In this document: piece by piece, positions 45,974 through 56,100 of the stretch | Numbering within the stretch: the stretch's first letter is position 1 | Layout of the letters: every line of letters starts with the position of its first letter | Made by a program: the position numbers and the translations under genes | The notes under the pieces: generated by a model | Seen by the model: the letters and a program-made list of their open reading frames with translations, nothing else | Told to the model about the DNA's origin: nothing | Databases searched by the model: none | Assembly: GCA_963708135.1 (NCBI GenBank) | Contig: OY970192.1 | Span: 4,736,001 to 4,800,000 of the forward strand | Length of the DNA stretch: 64,000 bases | From: an uncultured Gemmatimonadales bacterium | GTDB lineage: Bacteria > Gemmatimonadota > Gemmatimonadetes > Longimicrobiales > RSA9 | Direction of reading: 5' to 3'

Positions 45974-47566
45974 TCACTTCGGCGGCGCCACGACCCCCTT
46001 CCCGTTGCAGTGGTCCGCGCGCTTGTGTGGCGGCGGGATGAAGACCGGCTCCAGGCAGCCGGATGCGAAGGTGCTCCCCGCCGTGAAGACCGTGCCGTAG
46101 GGGGCGCCCTCGCTGGTGACGTCGGGAGTGAGCGTTACCCTGCTGAGCCCGCCGTTCGATGCGGTGAGCGTCACGGCCCCGGGTTTCCGGCCGCCCCAGG
46201 CGGCTACCCCTGCGTCGCGGATCGCGGCGTGGTCGAAGTATGCCTGGCTATCGTGGACCTGGATGCCCCGCCACCGGGTGTCGTCGCCGCGGAGCGTCAC
46301 GGGCTTCCCGGCCGTGCCCATCAGGGCGAGGAAGCCACCCTTGATGATCGAGAAGCCCATGCCGGCGCCGAACCGGATCTCCACGCCCGACTGGATGCGG
46401 AGCGCCGCCCCCTCCAGGTCGAGCTCGTTGGGGGCACCGGCCCTGATGCGGTACGGCACGCCGAGGTCACGCCACGTGGCATCCTTGCGGATGTTGTTGA
46501 TTCCACCCCCGTTGGTCACGGTGATGAAGTCGGCGTCGTTGCCGGTGTAGACGCCATCGTCGAGGATGCCATCCACGGCCGGCGGCGCTAGCAGTGCGGG
46601 GCCCAGAGTGTTCGCGGTGAGGGTGTCCTTGCTGAAGTTCGTCACCTCGTCCTCGCCGCGGATCCAGAGGCCGTACCCGGCGCTCTCACGCAGCACCGAA
46701 CTGGTCACCGCGACCCTGCTGCGCAGTGCGCTCGTGCTGTGGGTGACCATCAGATCCGCGTCCGGAATCGATCCCGACCCCCCGGGGCCTCCGCCGTACT
46801 CGATCGTCACGTGGTCCAGCCGATTCGTGGCGCTTCCGCTGTCGGTGAAGCGGAGCCCGCGCCAGGCGCCCCGCCGCCGCTCGACGCCGGTGAGCCGGAT
46901 CGGCCGTGTCGCCGTGCCCACCGCGGAGAGCGCCGCGTCGCGGCTTACGACGAGCTCCGCACCGTTGCTGAACCCGACCACCGTTCCCGGCTGGATCCTG
47001 AGCACGCCACCCGTCCACTCGACGGCCCCCCGGGACTCGTAGTCGAAGCAGCTCGGATCCAGGATCCAGTCTTCCCACGTGGCATTCTGCCGCCCGCCAG
47101 TGGGGACGACCCGCGGCGCCGGGCACTCGATCGTGAGCAGGACGGACGCCGAGTGGCGGTGGTCAGCCGTGCTCCTCGCCCGGATCGAGACCTTTCCGGT
47201 GCGCACGGCGGTGACCAGCCCCGCGGCATCGACAACGGCGACGGTCGTATCCGCGCTGGACCAGCTCACCTTCTGCGGCGCGCTGGGCGGCTCCACCTTC
47301 GCGCGGAGGCGCACGGTGCCGCCCGCCTTCACCGTCCGCTTCGGCGCGGCGATGGTCACGCCCGTGACCGTGTCCTCCCCTGCCGTCGGCAGGCGGCGCG
47401 CGGCGTGTCCCGTCCGAGGCAGGGGGCCGCGGGTATGGCGGCCGGCCTCCGGTCTCGCGTGGCGGGAAGCGCGGTATCTCCCGGCGGGAGTGGCCGCCGC
47501 CCGCGCGCCAGTGGCCAGCGCCAGGGTCGCGGCGGCGGTGATGAGGAGCGGACCGGCTCTGCACAT
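45974..47566 (-). CDS. Secreted protein with an Ig-like (Big_2) domain and a beta-helix region
   Basis: Signal-like N-terminus; VSWSSAD..VA.VD..GLVTA..G; repeated LRIQ.G....F..G and GT...PI..G....W.G units. Confidence 0.75.
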   Translation of the reverse strand: MCRAGPLLITAAATLALATGARAAATPAGRYRASRHARPEAGRHTRGPLPRTGHAARRLPTAGEDTVTGVTIAAPKRTVKAGGTVRLRAKVEPPSAPQKVSWSSADTTVAVVDAAGLVTAVRTGKVSIRARSTADHRHSASVLLTIECPAPRVVPTGGRQNATWEDWILDPSCFDYESRGAVEWTGGVLRIQPGTVVGFSNGAELVVSRDAALSAVGTATRPIRLTGVERRRGAWRGLRFTDSGSATNRLDHVTIEYGGGPGGSGSIPDADLMVTHSTSALRSRVAVTSSVLRESAGYGLWIRGEDEVTNFSKDTLTANTLGPALLAPPAVDGILDDGVYTGNDADFITVTNGGGINNIRKDATWRDLGVPYRIRAGAPNELDLEGAALRIQSGVEIRFGAGMGFSIIKGGFLALMGTAGKPVTLRGDDTRWRGIQVHDSQAYFDHAAIRDAGVAAWGGRKPGAVTLTASNGGLSRVTLTPDVTSEGAPYGTVFTAGSTFASGCLEPVFIPPPHKRADHCNGKGVVAPPK

Positions 47567-47667
47567 GGACGGCCTCCGGGTTCGGGTGTGCCTGCGGGCA
47601 TCGTACCAAGCGATGGCGCTCGCTCAGCCCGCCGGGAGCGCATGGAACGTTCAGGTCAGCCCGTCAA

Positions 47668-50600
47668 TCACGGGACGGTGCACTTGAAGTCGAAGGTCGG
47701 CCCCACCAGTCCTGGATCGTAGTCCGGTGGCACGCTGATCTCGAACGTCGCCTGGATCGGCGCTTCCGTGCGATCTCTGGCGTCCTGCCCGCCGTTGCAG
47801 TCCAGCGGTGTCTTGGGATAACAGCCCGGGTCGAGGACCACGGTTCCCGAGACGGAGCCGATCAGCCTCTGCCCGAGATCGTATGCCTGGACCGTGAGCC
47901 AGGCCTGCGGGGGCACCTCGTTACCGTTCTCGTCCCCCTCGAGGGTGTAGTAGGGATCGGAGAAACCGTCCGGCCGGCCGAGCTCGCCGGCGAGTCCGAC
48001 GGGGTAGGTCCCGGGACTCAGGATCACGAAAGGCGACTGGGGCTGGATGTCGAGTACCCCACCGGTCTGTGCATCCGACAGCTCGACGACATAGAGCTGA
48101 CCGTTGTAGGTCGGGCTCAGGACGACGTCCTGGAAGAGCGCCGCATCCCCGGCGTCCCCCACGACCGGCGTGCCGCCCGTGACCTGCACGCCGAACTGGC
48201 AGCGGCAGCCGAGATCGATCGTGACCGTTCCACTAACCCCTGGATCGTCCGCGCTCGTGGCCGTGATCCTCGCCACACTGCCGGCGGGGAAGCTGGAGGG
48301 CGCCGTGTAGGTCGCACTCAGTCCCGACCCCACGATGGTGCCCACGTCGGCGCTCCACACGATCGACGTGGTGTCCGGCAAACCGATCGGGGAGGCCGTG
48401 AGGGTCTGCATTGCGCCTTCGGCCAGACAGGTGAAGCCGGGCGAGATCACGATCTGGCCGCAATCCAGCTGGACCGTCGCGGTGTCGGCGATCGTCGGAT
48501 GGTTGGCACTCGAGGCGACGACCGTCGCCACACCGCTCGCGGGAGGTGTGGTGGGCGCGGTGTAGGTGACCTGGAGTCCGGTTCCGGGGATGCTCCCCGC
48601 GTCGGTGCGCCACGCGATGGTGGTGGAGTCGGGCAGGCCGACCAGCGCGGCCGTGAACGTCTGCTGGGCGCCCGGCGCGAGGCAGATCGTCCGCGGCCTC
48701 ACGAGGATGTGGCCGAAGCGGATCGTGGCGGTCGCGGTCGGCTCGACGCCCGAAGCGGCGAGCGCGCCGGTCGTGGCGACGTCCCGCACGGTGAGCAGGT
48801 CGGGCGTGGACACGTCGGGATTCTTCGGCGCCTGATAGAAGACGGTGTCAACGGTGTCGTTGCCGAGCTTGATGTTGGCGAGTCCCTGGAGAGGGGAGCT
48901 CGCGTCGATCTCGACCTGCTCCGGGTGAGCCGCGTTGTGGACGGTCAGCTTGAACCTGATGAAGTCCTCCGGCGCGGCGAGCGTGTCCGTGGGAGCGATG
49001 CCCAGCTCGATCTGCGTGACTTCGATCGGCATCGGCTCCGAGCGGATCTGCTGGAACCCGAACTGCCCGTCGTCGGGATCCACGGTGCGCACCTCGAGGT
49101 GCGAGATGCCCACCTGTCGGGGGACGTACGCTCCGTGCGAGACCAGCTCCACGGAGTTGCCCGAGACGATCGCCTGGTCGCTCCAGGCGGGATCCGTCAC
49201 GTCCACCGGACCGGCGAGCTTCGGCGCGACCTCGATGAAGTCGGAGCCGGCGGTCGAGTCGATGAACGCCTGAATGATCGTGTTGAGCACGAAGTCCGCG
49301 ATGGCGGAGCCCTGCAGAGTCGGGAAACGGTCGAGGAAGGCGTCCAGCCCCTCGCCGGCGGTTCCCACGTACTGGAAGATGGTGTTGAGCACCGCCTTGT
49401 CCATCTTCCACCCGATGCTCGTCGCCGTGGCCCGTGCCCGGGTCCACTCCCCCGGCCCGGCCTCGTCCTCGAGGAAGACGGACTTGTAGTCGAACGTGAG
49501 GGAAACGAACTGCGAGGGGAGAATGCCGGCCATCCCCTCCAGCGTCGTCTGGCGCAGCCAGACAAGGGCGCCGATGACTTTCGCCGCGAGCTTCGTCGGA
49601 GGCGTGGGGATCTCGCCGATCACGGCGAAGCTGTCACCGAGGTCCGAAGTGATCTTCGCCGTCGCGCCGCTGCCCTGGAACTTCGCCGCGACCGCCATGC
49701 GCATGCAGCGGTCGAGCTCGGCCACGTCGGCCAGCCCGATGACGGTGCATTCCACGACCGCGTCCGCCGACTCGGTCCGGATCGCGGCCGGAGCCGCCAC
49801 GCTTCCGGAGCGGAGCGGTGCGGGAGCGAGCTGATCCTGAAGCATCTCGAGGATCCCGATCCTGGCGAGCAGGGCGTCCAGGAGCGCCTCGGTCTCGGGG
49901 TCCAGGCCGCCCCCGGCGAGGGTGGTGAGGGAATTCGGGTTCGTCGAGTCCGCGACGATGCTCTGCATCACCGCGACCGGGATCAGGTAGCCCGGAAGGC
50001 TCGTGGGATCCGACAGCAGCTCGTCGGGGGCCACGCCGGCGAGGCCCGCCTGCCGCTGCACGATCGCTTCCAGCGCGGCCACGACGCGGCCGAACTCGCC
50101 CGGCGCGGGCGGCAGCGGGTCAATGGTGAACGACACCGCGGCGCACGCCCGGGTCCCGTCGGTGAAGCGTAGCGTCACCTTGCCGCCACCCGGATCCCCG
50201 GACGGGTGGAGCGGCGCGACGAGAACGGCGGTCCCGTCCTCCGCCCGGATCAGCGGCGCCGGAGCGGCCTCGCCGCCGGTGCCGGTGACCAGAGCGTACG
50301 GCGTGGCGTCGAATTCGTCCGGGAACCGACCGACGGCCACCCTGTCCAGCGGCAGAGCGTTCGCCTCGGCAAGGGAAAGATCCGGGCACGGGATGGTGAC
50401 GAAGTCGTCGCCGGCGCCGCACATGGCGATCGGGTGCGTCACGTACGTGGCCCAGCTACCCCTCGGTGCGATGCGTTCCGCGTCCGTGCCGCCCGCCCAC
50501 GCCCCTTCCTGGCGGTCACCGAGCGCGACGTCCGCATGCGCGGCGACGATGACGGGGTCCGCCGATCCGAGCGTCGACCGCGCAATCGCGTACGTGTAGG

Positions 50601-51000
50601 ACGTGACTCCCGCGCCGTGCGCGGCGGCGTATGGAAAGCGGCCCGGCACCGGGTTCCCCGCCTGATTCACCGGGATCGCCTCCGCCGAGGCGCCGACGAA
50701 GAGGTGCGTGTCTTCGAGCTTCCACCCGTCCCGGGTCGAGAAGGTGACGAAGACGGTGTTGTCGTCGTTGGCGATGCTCACCGAGCCGACGACCTGGCGG
50801 CCGTTCCCAGCCACCAGGTTGACGACCGTGGGGCTGCCGCACGCGGAAGAAGGATCGGCAGCCGGAGATACGCCGGCATCGACCGTCGGCACCTGTCGCC
50901 GACCCGGCTGCGTCGCGGAGTCGCCGCAGGCGGCGGAGAGAAGCGCGAGGAAGAGGCCGGTCATCAGCGCCGGGACGGGTCGTGCGCGTCGCGTAGGCAT
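47668..51000 (-). CDS. Large lipoprotein with tandem Ig-like repeats
   Basis: Lipobox LSAAC; two ~80-aa repeats (TCLA.GA.QT.TA...GLPD.T.I.W..D.G.I.G.GL..TYTAP). Confidence 0.8.
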   Translation of the reverse strand: MPTRRARPVPALMTGLFLALLSAACGDSATQPGRRQVPTVDAGVSPAADPSSACGSPTVVNLVAGNGRQVVGSVSIANDDNTVFVTFSTRDGWKLEDTHLFVGASAEAIPVNQAGNPVPGRFPYAAAHGAGVTSYTYAIARSTLGSADPVIVAAHADVALGDRQEGAWAGGTDAERIAPRGSWATYVTHPIAMCGAGDDFVTIPCPDLSLAEANALPLDRVAVGRFPDEFDATPYALVTGTGGEAAPAPLIRAEDGTAVLVAPLHPSGDPGGGKVTLRFTDGTRACAAVSFTIDPLPPAPGEFGRVVAALEAIVQRQAGLAGVAPDELLSDPTSLPGYLIPVAVMQSIVADSTNPNSLTTLAGGGLDPETEALLDALLARIGILEMLQDQLAPAPLRSGSVAAPAAIRTESADAVVECTVIGLADVAELDRCMRMAVAAKFQGSGATAKITSDLGDSFAVIGEIPTPPTKLAAKVIGALVWLRQTTLEGMAGILPSQFVSLTFDYKSVFLEDEAGPGEWTRARATATSIGWKMDKAVLNTIFQYVGTAGEGLDAFLDRFPTLQGSAIADFVLNTIIQAFIDSTAGSDFIEVAPKLAGPVDVTDPAWSDQAIVSGNSVELVSHGAYVPRQVGISHLEVRTVDPDDGQFGFQQIRSEPMPIEVTQIELGIAPTDTLAAPEDFIRFKLTVHNAAHPEQVEIDASSPLQGLANIKLGNDTVDTVFYQAPKNPDVSTPDLLTVRDVATTGALAASGVEPTATATIRFGHILVRPRTICLAPGAQQTFTAALVGLPDSTTIAWRTDAGSIPGTGLQVTYTAPTTPPASGVATVVASSANHPTIADTATVQLDCGQIVISPGFTCLAEGAMQTLTASPIGLPDTTSIVWSADVGTIVGSGLSATYTAPSSFPAGSVARITATSADDPGVSGTVTIDLGCRCQFGVQVTGGTPVVGDAGDAALFQDVVLSPTYNGQLYVVELSDAQTGGVLDIQPQSPFVILSPGTYPVGLAGELGRPDGFSDPYYTLEGDENGNEVPPQAWLTVQAYDLGQRLIGSVSGTVVLDPGCYPKTPLDCNGGQDARDRTEAPIQATFEISVPPDYDPGLVGPTFDFKCTVP

Positions 51001-51222
51001 TCGCGGCTCCGGGTGAGATTGGGGCGACTCGATGGTGACCGTCAGCTCGATCAGGGCCCTATAGACGCCGTCGACGGCGTCGCCGGGTACGGGCCTCAGG
51101 ACGCGCGGGGCTTCCGCCGCCCACATTCCAAGAGCGAGAAAACCGGCGGAGGTCCGCCACGTGGGGACCAGCGCGTGGGGCAGGCGAGCTGTGGTGCGGC
51201 TGCCGAGCGGTGGGGCAGGATC

Positions 51223-51298
51223 AGGAAATCCAGACGCCGTTTCGGCTGCTTTCGGCAGGTACGGTGGGGGATCGGCGGGTCAAGGGTGAGGGCGAGGG
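51223..51298. repeat. ~76-bp direct repeat, copy 1 (promoter-like on the minus strand)
   Basis: AGGAAATCC...TTTCGGCTGCTTTCGG...GTGGGGGATCGGCGGGTCAAGGGTGAGGGCGAGGG shared with 52007-52085. Confidence 0.85.
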
Positions 51299-51396
51299 GC
51301 CGATGAGGCGCCTGGGAGCGGGGGAGGGGCCGGAATCGAGGCGAGGGGAGCGGGAACCGCTTCGTCGAGCGTATGCCTCCTTACGCGTGTTTGTTG

Positions 51397-51960
51397 CTAG
51401 ATCTGGCCTGAAATCTTCTTTGCCAGGCTCTGGAGCGCGTCCGCCTTGCTTTTCTGGAATGGGTTGGATTCATATTTCAAGTCAAAGAAGTTGCCGTTCT
51501 GAACCCAATAGATATTTATCGACATGGTGGTTTCGTCTATGATCAATTGGCTATCGTCACCCAGATTGAGTGGCGGGGCGTTGTCGACCTTGAAATAATG
51601 GTCGCCTGGATTGGTCATGACCTTGATGGACAGTTGCTGGGTCTCCTCGCTCCCGACCCAGCCCCACTGGCAGGCCCCGACTTGGTCGGGGAGGGGAGCC
51701 ATTTCCGGCTTCTGGGAACTGGCGGGCTTGCCGAAAAGAGCCGTGGCGTCTGGCCTGGTCAACAGCTTGCAGGCGTCCACCGAACTGCTCCCGCTCGTAT
51801 TTGCAGTCGCCGCAGACGTATTCGCTACTGGGGGCGGATTATGTCCTCTCGCCGAGGAAGTGTCCGCGTTATTGCCGCCGCAACTTGCCAGCGCCAGCAC
51901 GAGTACAACGTTGCCCATTAATGGAAACACGTATCTGCATGCGTGCCCGTATCTCTTCAT
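51397..51960 (-). CDS. Lipoprotein (DUF3558-like), visibly more AT-rich than its flanks
   Basis: Lipobox LASC, Ser/Thr-rich linker, DACKLLT and C.W. Confidence 0.75.
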   Translation of the reverse strand: MKRYGHACRYVFPLMGNVVLVLALASCGGNNADTSSARGHNPPPVANTSAATANTSGSSSVDACKLLTRPDATALFGKPASSQKPEMAPLPDQVGACQWGWVGSEETQQLSIKVMTNPGDHYFKVDNAPPLNLGDDSQLIIDETTMSINIYWVQNGNFFDLKYESNPFQKSKADALQSLAKKISGQI

Positions 51961-52006
51961 TATTCAGCACCTCCGTTGCTGCGGCCGTCCCTGCTGCCGA
52001 AGGGAT

Positions 52007-52085
52007 AGGAAATCCGAACGGGGTTTCGGCTGCTTTCGGTAGGGTACGGGGTGGGGGATCGGCGGGTCAAGGGTGAGGGCGAGGG
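52007..52085. repeat. Direct repeat, copy 2
   Basis: See 51223-51298. Confidence 0.85.
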
Positions 52086-52220
52086 CGAGGGCCTCGCCGT
52101 CGCGGCGCTGCTGGCGGTGGTGGGCGTGGTGGCGAGCTACGCGCCGGCATGGACCCCGTCTCGGCGCTGCGGACGGTCTGAGCGCCGCCGCCAGTCGTCG
52201 TTCAGTACCCAGGCGCGAGG

Positions 52221-53063
52221 TCACGACCGCGCGGCGACGGCCAAGGCCTTCCGGCACCGCTCCGGCAGCCGCGGATCGCCGAGCCGCTCGATCCAGCCCT
52301 CGAGCTCCGGCCGGGGTCCTCTCCAGCGAAGCGCCTCGATGTCCTCGAATAGCGGAGCATCGGTGCGCAGCGTCGCGAGCCGCTTGAACAGCAGGGCCAG
52401 CTTGTGGTCCGTCTCGTCGAGCACGCCCCGGGGGAAGTCCTCGATGGGTCCGTGCCGGAGCAGAAGCCTGGCCGCCGTCCTCGCCCCGATGCCGCCGATG
52501 CCCGGATAGCCGTCGGCCGCGTCGCCGACCAGGGCGAGGCGATCGGGGATGAGCGCGGGCGGGACGCCGAACTTCGACTGTACGCCCGCCGCGTCAAAGA
52601 TCCGGCCGCTGCGCCGATCCACCTGCACCACCCGGTCGCCCACGACACACTGCGCCAGGTCCTTGTCCGGCGACCAGATCGACACCTTCGCCACGCGACG
52701 GTCCGCCGCCGCGAGGCGGGCAGCGGAGGCGAGGCCGTCGTCCGCCTCCAGCTCGACCATCGGCCATACCGGCACGCCCAGAGCCGCGAGCGCCTCCTCG
52801 AGCGGCTGGAACTGGCCCCACAGCGCCGGCTCGAGCCCCGCCCCCGTCTTGTAGCCCGGCCACAGCTGATTGCGGAACGACTCGACCACGTGGTCCGTCG
52901 CCACACCGAGATGCGTGGCACCCTCCTCGTACATCTTCAGCACCGTGCGCAGGACGTTGAGGACCGCGCCGAGCGGCGGATCCCGGCCGTCCTTCACGAA
53001 GCGCCTGAGGCCGTAGAAGTGGCGGAAGAGCTCGTAGGTGCCGTCGATCAGGTGGACGATCAT
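52221..53063 (-). CDS. Stand-alone 5'-3' exonuclease / flap endonuclease
   Basis: LIDG, FR....GYK, EADD, DKDL.Q and LVGDAADGYPGI.GIG. Confidence 0.92.
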   Translation of the reverse strand: MIVHLIDGTYELFRHFYGLRRFVKDGRDPPLGAVLNVLRTVLKMYEEGATHLGVATDHVVESFRNQLWPGYKTGAGLEPALWGQFQPLEEALAALGVPVWPMVELEADDGLASAARLAAADRRVAKVSIWSPDKDLAQCVVGDRVVQVDRRSGRIFDAAGVQSKFGVPPALIPDRLALVGDAADGYPGIGGIGARTAARLLLRHGPIEDFPRGVLDETDHKLALLFKRLATLRTDAPLFEDIEALRWRGPRPELEGWIERLGDPRLPERCRKALAVAARS

Positions 53064-53160
53064 TGCGGCAAGATAGGCAACTCGCCCGAAGAACGCCCGG
53101 CGCCCCGCCGCGCAGGGCGGACGACTCCATGAGGGCGGCCGTCGCGCGGGCCGTGCGAGT

Positions 53161-56100
53161 CTATGCGGCCGTTCGCGAGCCCGGGGCCGGGAGCCGGACG
53201 AGAACCTGATGGTCCATCCCGTCGTCCACGAGGGGGATGTCGGGGCCGTCGAGGACCCGGCCATCGAGCGTCACCTCCGCCCGTGTGTCGGCCGCGAATC
53301 TGCCAGGCTCCTCGACGACGATCGTGTATCTCGCGCTGCCGAAGCGATAGTCGATGGTCAGCTCCGGCCAGGCTGCGGGCACGCGCGGCTCGATGCGCAG
53401 CACGTTGCCGCGGCGGTCGAAGCCGAGGATGGCCTCGAGTCCCACACGATACATCCAGCCCGCGGCGCCCGTGTACCAGGTCCAGCCGCCCCGACCCACG
53501 TGGCCGGGCGCCGTGTAGACGTCCGCCGCGATGACGTACGGCTCGACCTTGTAGGTCGCGACTTCCTCGGGGGTCCGGGTGTGCAGCAGCGGATTGAGCA
53601 TCTGGAACAGCTCGAACGCCCGGCCGCCCTCGCCCGATCGCGCGGTGGCGAGCACGGCCCAGGCGGCGGCGTGCGTGTACTGGGCGCCGTTCTCCCGTAC
53701 GCCGGGCAGATACCCCTTGATGTAGCCGGGATCGCGCGGCGACTTGTCGAACGGCGGCGCGAGCAGGCGGATGAGCCGGGCATCCTCGTCCACCAGGTGC
53801 TCCTCGAGGGCGCGCATGGCGCGGGCCTGGCGCTCCGGCGCGCCGGCGCCGGAGATCACGCTCCAGCTCTGGGCGATGGAGTCGATGCGGCATTCATCGC
53901 TCCGGCTGGAGCCGAGCGGCGTGCCGTCGTCGAAGAAGGCGCGCAGGTACCAGTCGCCGTCCCAGCCGTGCGTTTCCACGGCGGACGCGTACGCGTCCGC
54001 ACGTCGCCGCAGCTCGCCGGCGACCTCCTCATCGCCGCGCCCCGCGGCTCGGACGGCGAACGAGCGGAGACTCGCGATGAGGAACCATGCCAGCCATACG
54101 CTCTCGCCGCGTCCCTCAACGCCGACGCGGTTCATGCCGTCGTTCCAGTCGCCCGTGCCGATCAGCGGCAGGCCGTGGGGGCCCGAGGTGGACGCGCGCC
54201 GGAGCGCGCGCAGGCAGTGCTCGTAGACGCTGCCGTGCTCGTCGCTGATACCCGGCACATCGTAGATCTCGTCCTCCCCCGGCTCGAGCGGGCGCATGGT
54301 CAGGAAGGGCACGTACTCGTCGAGCACCGAGCCATCGCCGGTCCGGGTGACATACTCGTCGACGACCCAGGGCAGCCAGGCGAGGTCGTCGGAGAAGCGG
54401 GAGCGCACGCCGGCGCCCGTGTGGGGATGCCACCAGTGCTGGACATCGCCCTCGAGGAACTGGCGTGCGGCGGCGCGCAGGATATGCTCGCGGGCCAGCG
54501 CCGGCTCCGCGTGGACGACGGCGAGGACGTCCTGGAGCTGGTCGCGGAACCCGTAGGCGCCGCTGCTCTGATAGAGAGCGGAACGGGCCCACAGCCGGCA
54601 GGACAGCGTCTGATACGGCAGCCACCGGTTGAGCAGCGCGTCGAAGGCGGCCTCGGGGGTGCGCACGGTGATGACCGACAGGCGCTGGCGCCACTGTTCG
54701 ACGGTACGCCCGGCCGCCGCCGTGGCGGCGTCGATGCTGCGGAACAGGCTCGCGAGCTGGCGCGCGTCGGCATCGGTGCCGCCGGCGCCGAGGGCCACGA
54801 CCACATCGCGTGACTCGCCGGGGGCGAGGACGAGGACGCACTGGAGCGCGGCGCACGGGTCGAGGCCGGTACCGGTCGTGCCGGAGAGGTCACGGCCCCC
54901 GAGGGCGGCGGGCCCCTGCACGCTCCCGTTCCGGCCGAGGAACTCGCGGCGGTCGCCGGTGTGGCCGGTGACCGGCTCGCTCAGCGCGCAGAACGCGACG
55001 CGGCCGTGGAAGTGCGGGTCGAAGTGGTTCCGGGCGAGAACCGCGCCGAGCCCCGGCTCGAAGGTGGTGCGCACGTGGTGCTGCGTGCGCTCGCGCTGTG
55101 CGCCGAGCGTCCATTCCACGTACGCGGTCAGGCGGATCCTGCGCTCGACGGCGTCGCGGTTCGTGACCCGGAGCATGGACAGCCGCACCGGCTCGTCAGC
55201 GGCCATGGTCAGCGTGAGGCGGGTGGCGATGCGGTTGCGCTCGGCCTCGAACACCGAGATGCCGGCGCCGTGGCGCACCGTGTACTCGGTCTCGTGTCCG
55301 AGCGGTGCGGGCGTGGCGCTCCACAGGTCGCCAGACGCCTCGTCCCGGAGGTAGAGAACATCCGAGATCGGGTCACTGACAGGATCGTTGTGCCACGGGG
55401 TGAGTCGGAAGAAGTAGCTGCTGTCCGCCCAGGTGCAGCCCGCGCCGCGCTCGCTGACGATGAACCCGCCGCGCCCGTGCGCGACGACGTTGACCCAGGG
55501 GGCGGGCGGCAGGGCGTCGCCTGCGACACGGATCACGTAGTCGCCGTTCGCGTCGAGGCCGCCCGTTCCATTGTCGAACCCGAGGCCGGCGCGACGGCCG
55601 TCGAGGGCGGCCTTCCGCGCCGGCCGGTCTGCCGGCGGTCGGACGGGCCGGCGGGCGTGGGTCCAGCGCTCGAGGGCGGAAAGGGGGGTCGCCTGTCGCT
55701 CGAGAATCCGGGGCGCCGGCGCGGACGGCGCGGTGTCGGGCTGGCCGGTCGCCGGCTCCATGAGCAGGTCTTCGAGGTGCGTGAGCGAGCGACCGTCGCA
55801 CGGGAGGACGAGCCGGGCCGTGGCTCGCAGCATGAGCAGCGTCTCCGCATCCAGCGACTCGACGTTCCGGAGAAAGGCACCGCCGGGCCGATCCATGGCC
55901 GTGCCGCCGATGGCGAACAGGGTCTCCATGATGCGGTCCTGCAGCTCCTGCCGGTAGGACGCGGGCTGCGCGAAGAGGATCACCAGGTCAACCACGAGGC
56001 CGCGGCGGCGCCAGAACTGATGCGCGGCCCCGACCTGCCGCAACGTCGGGAGCCCGTCCACGCCATCGATGGTGGCGAGCACGATGCGCCGGTCACCGGA

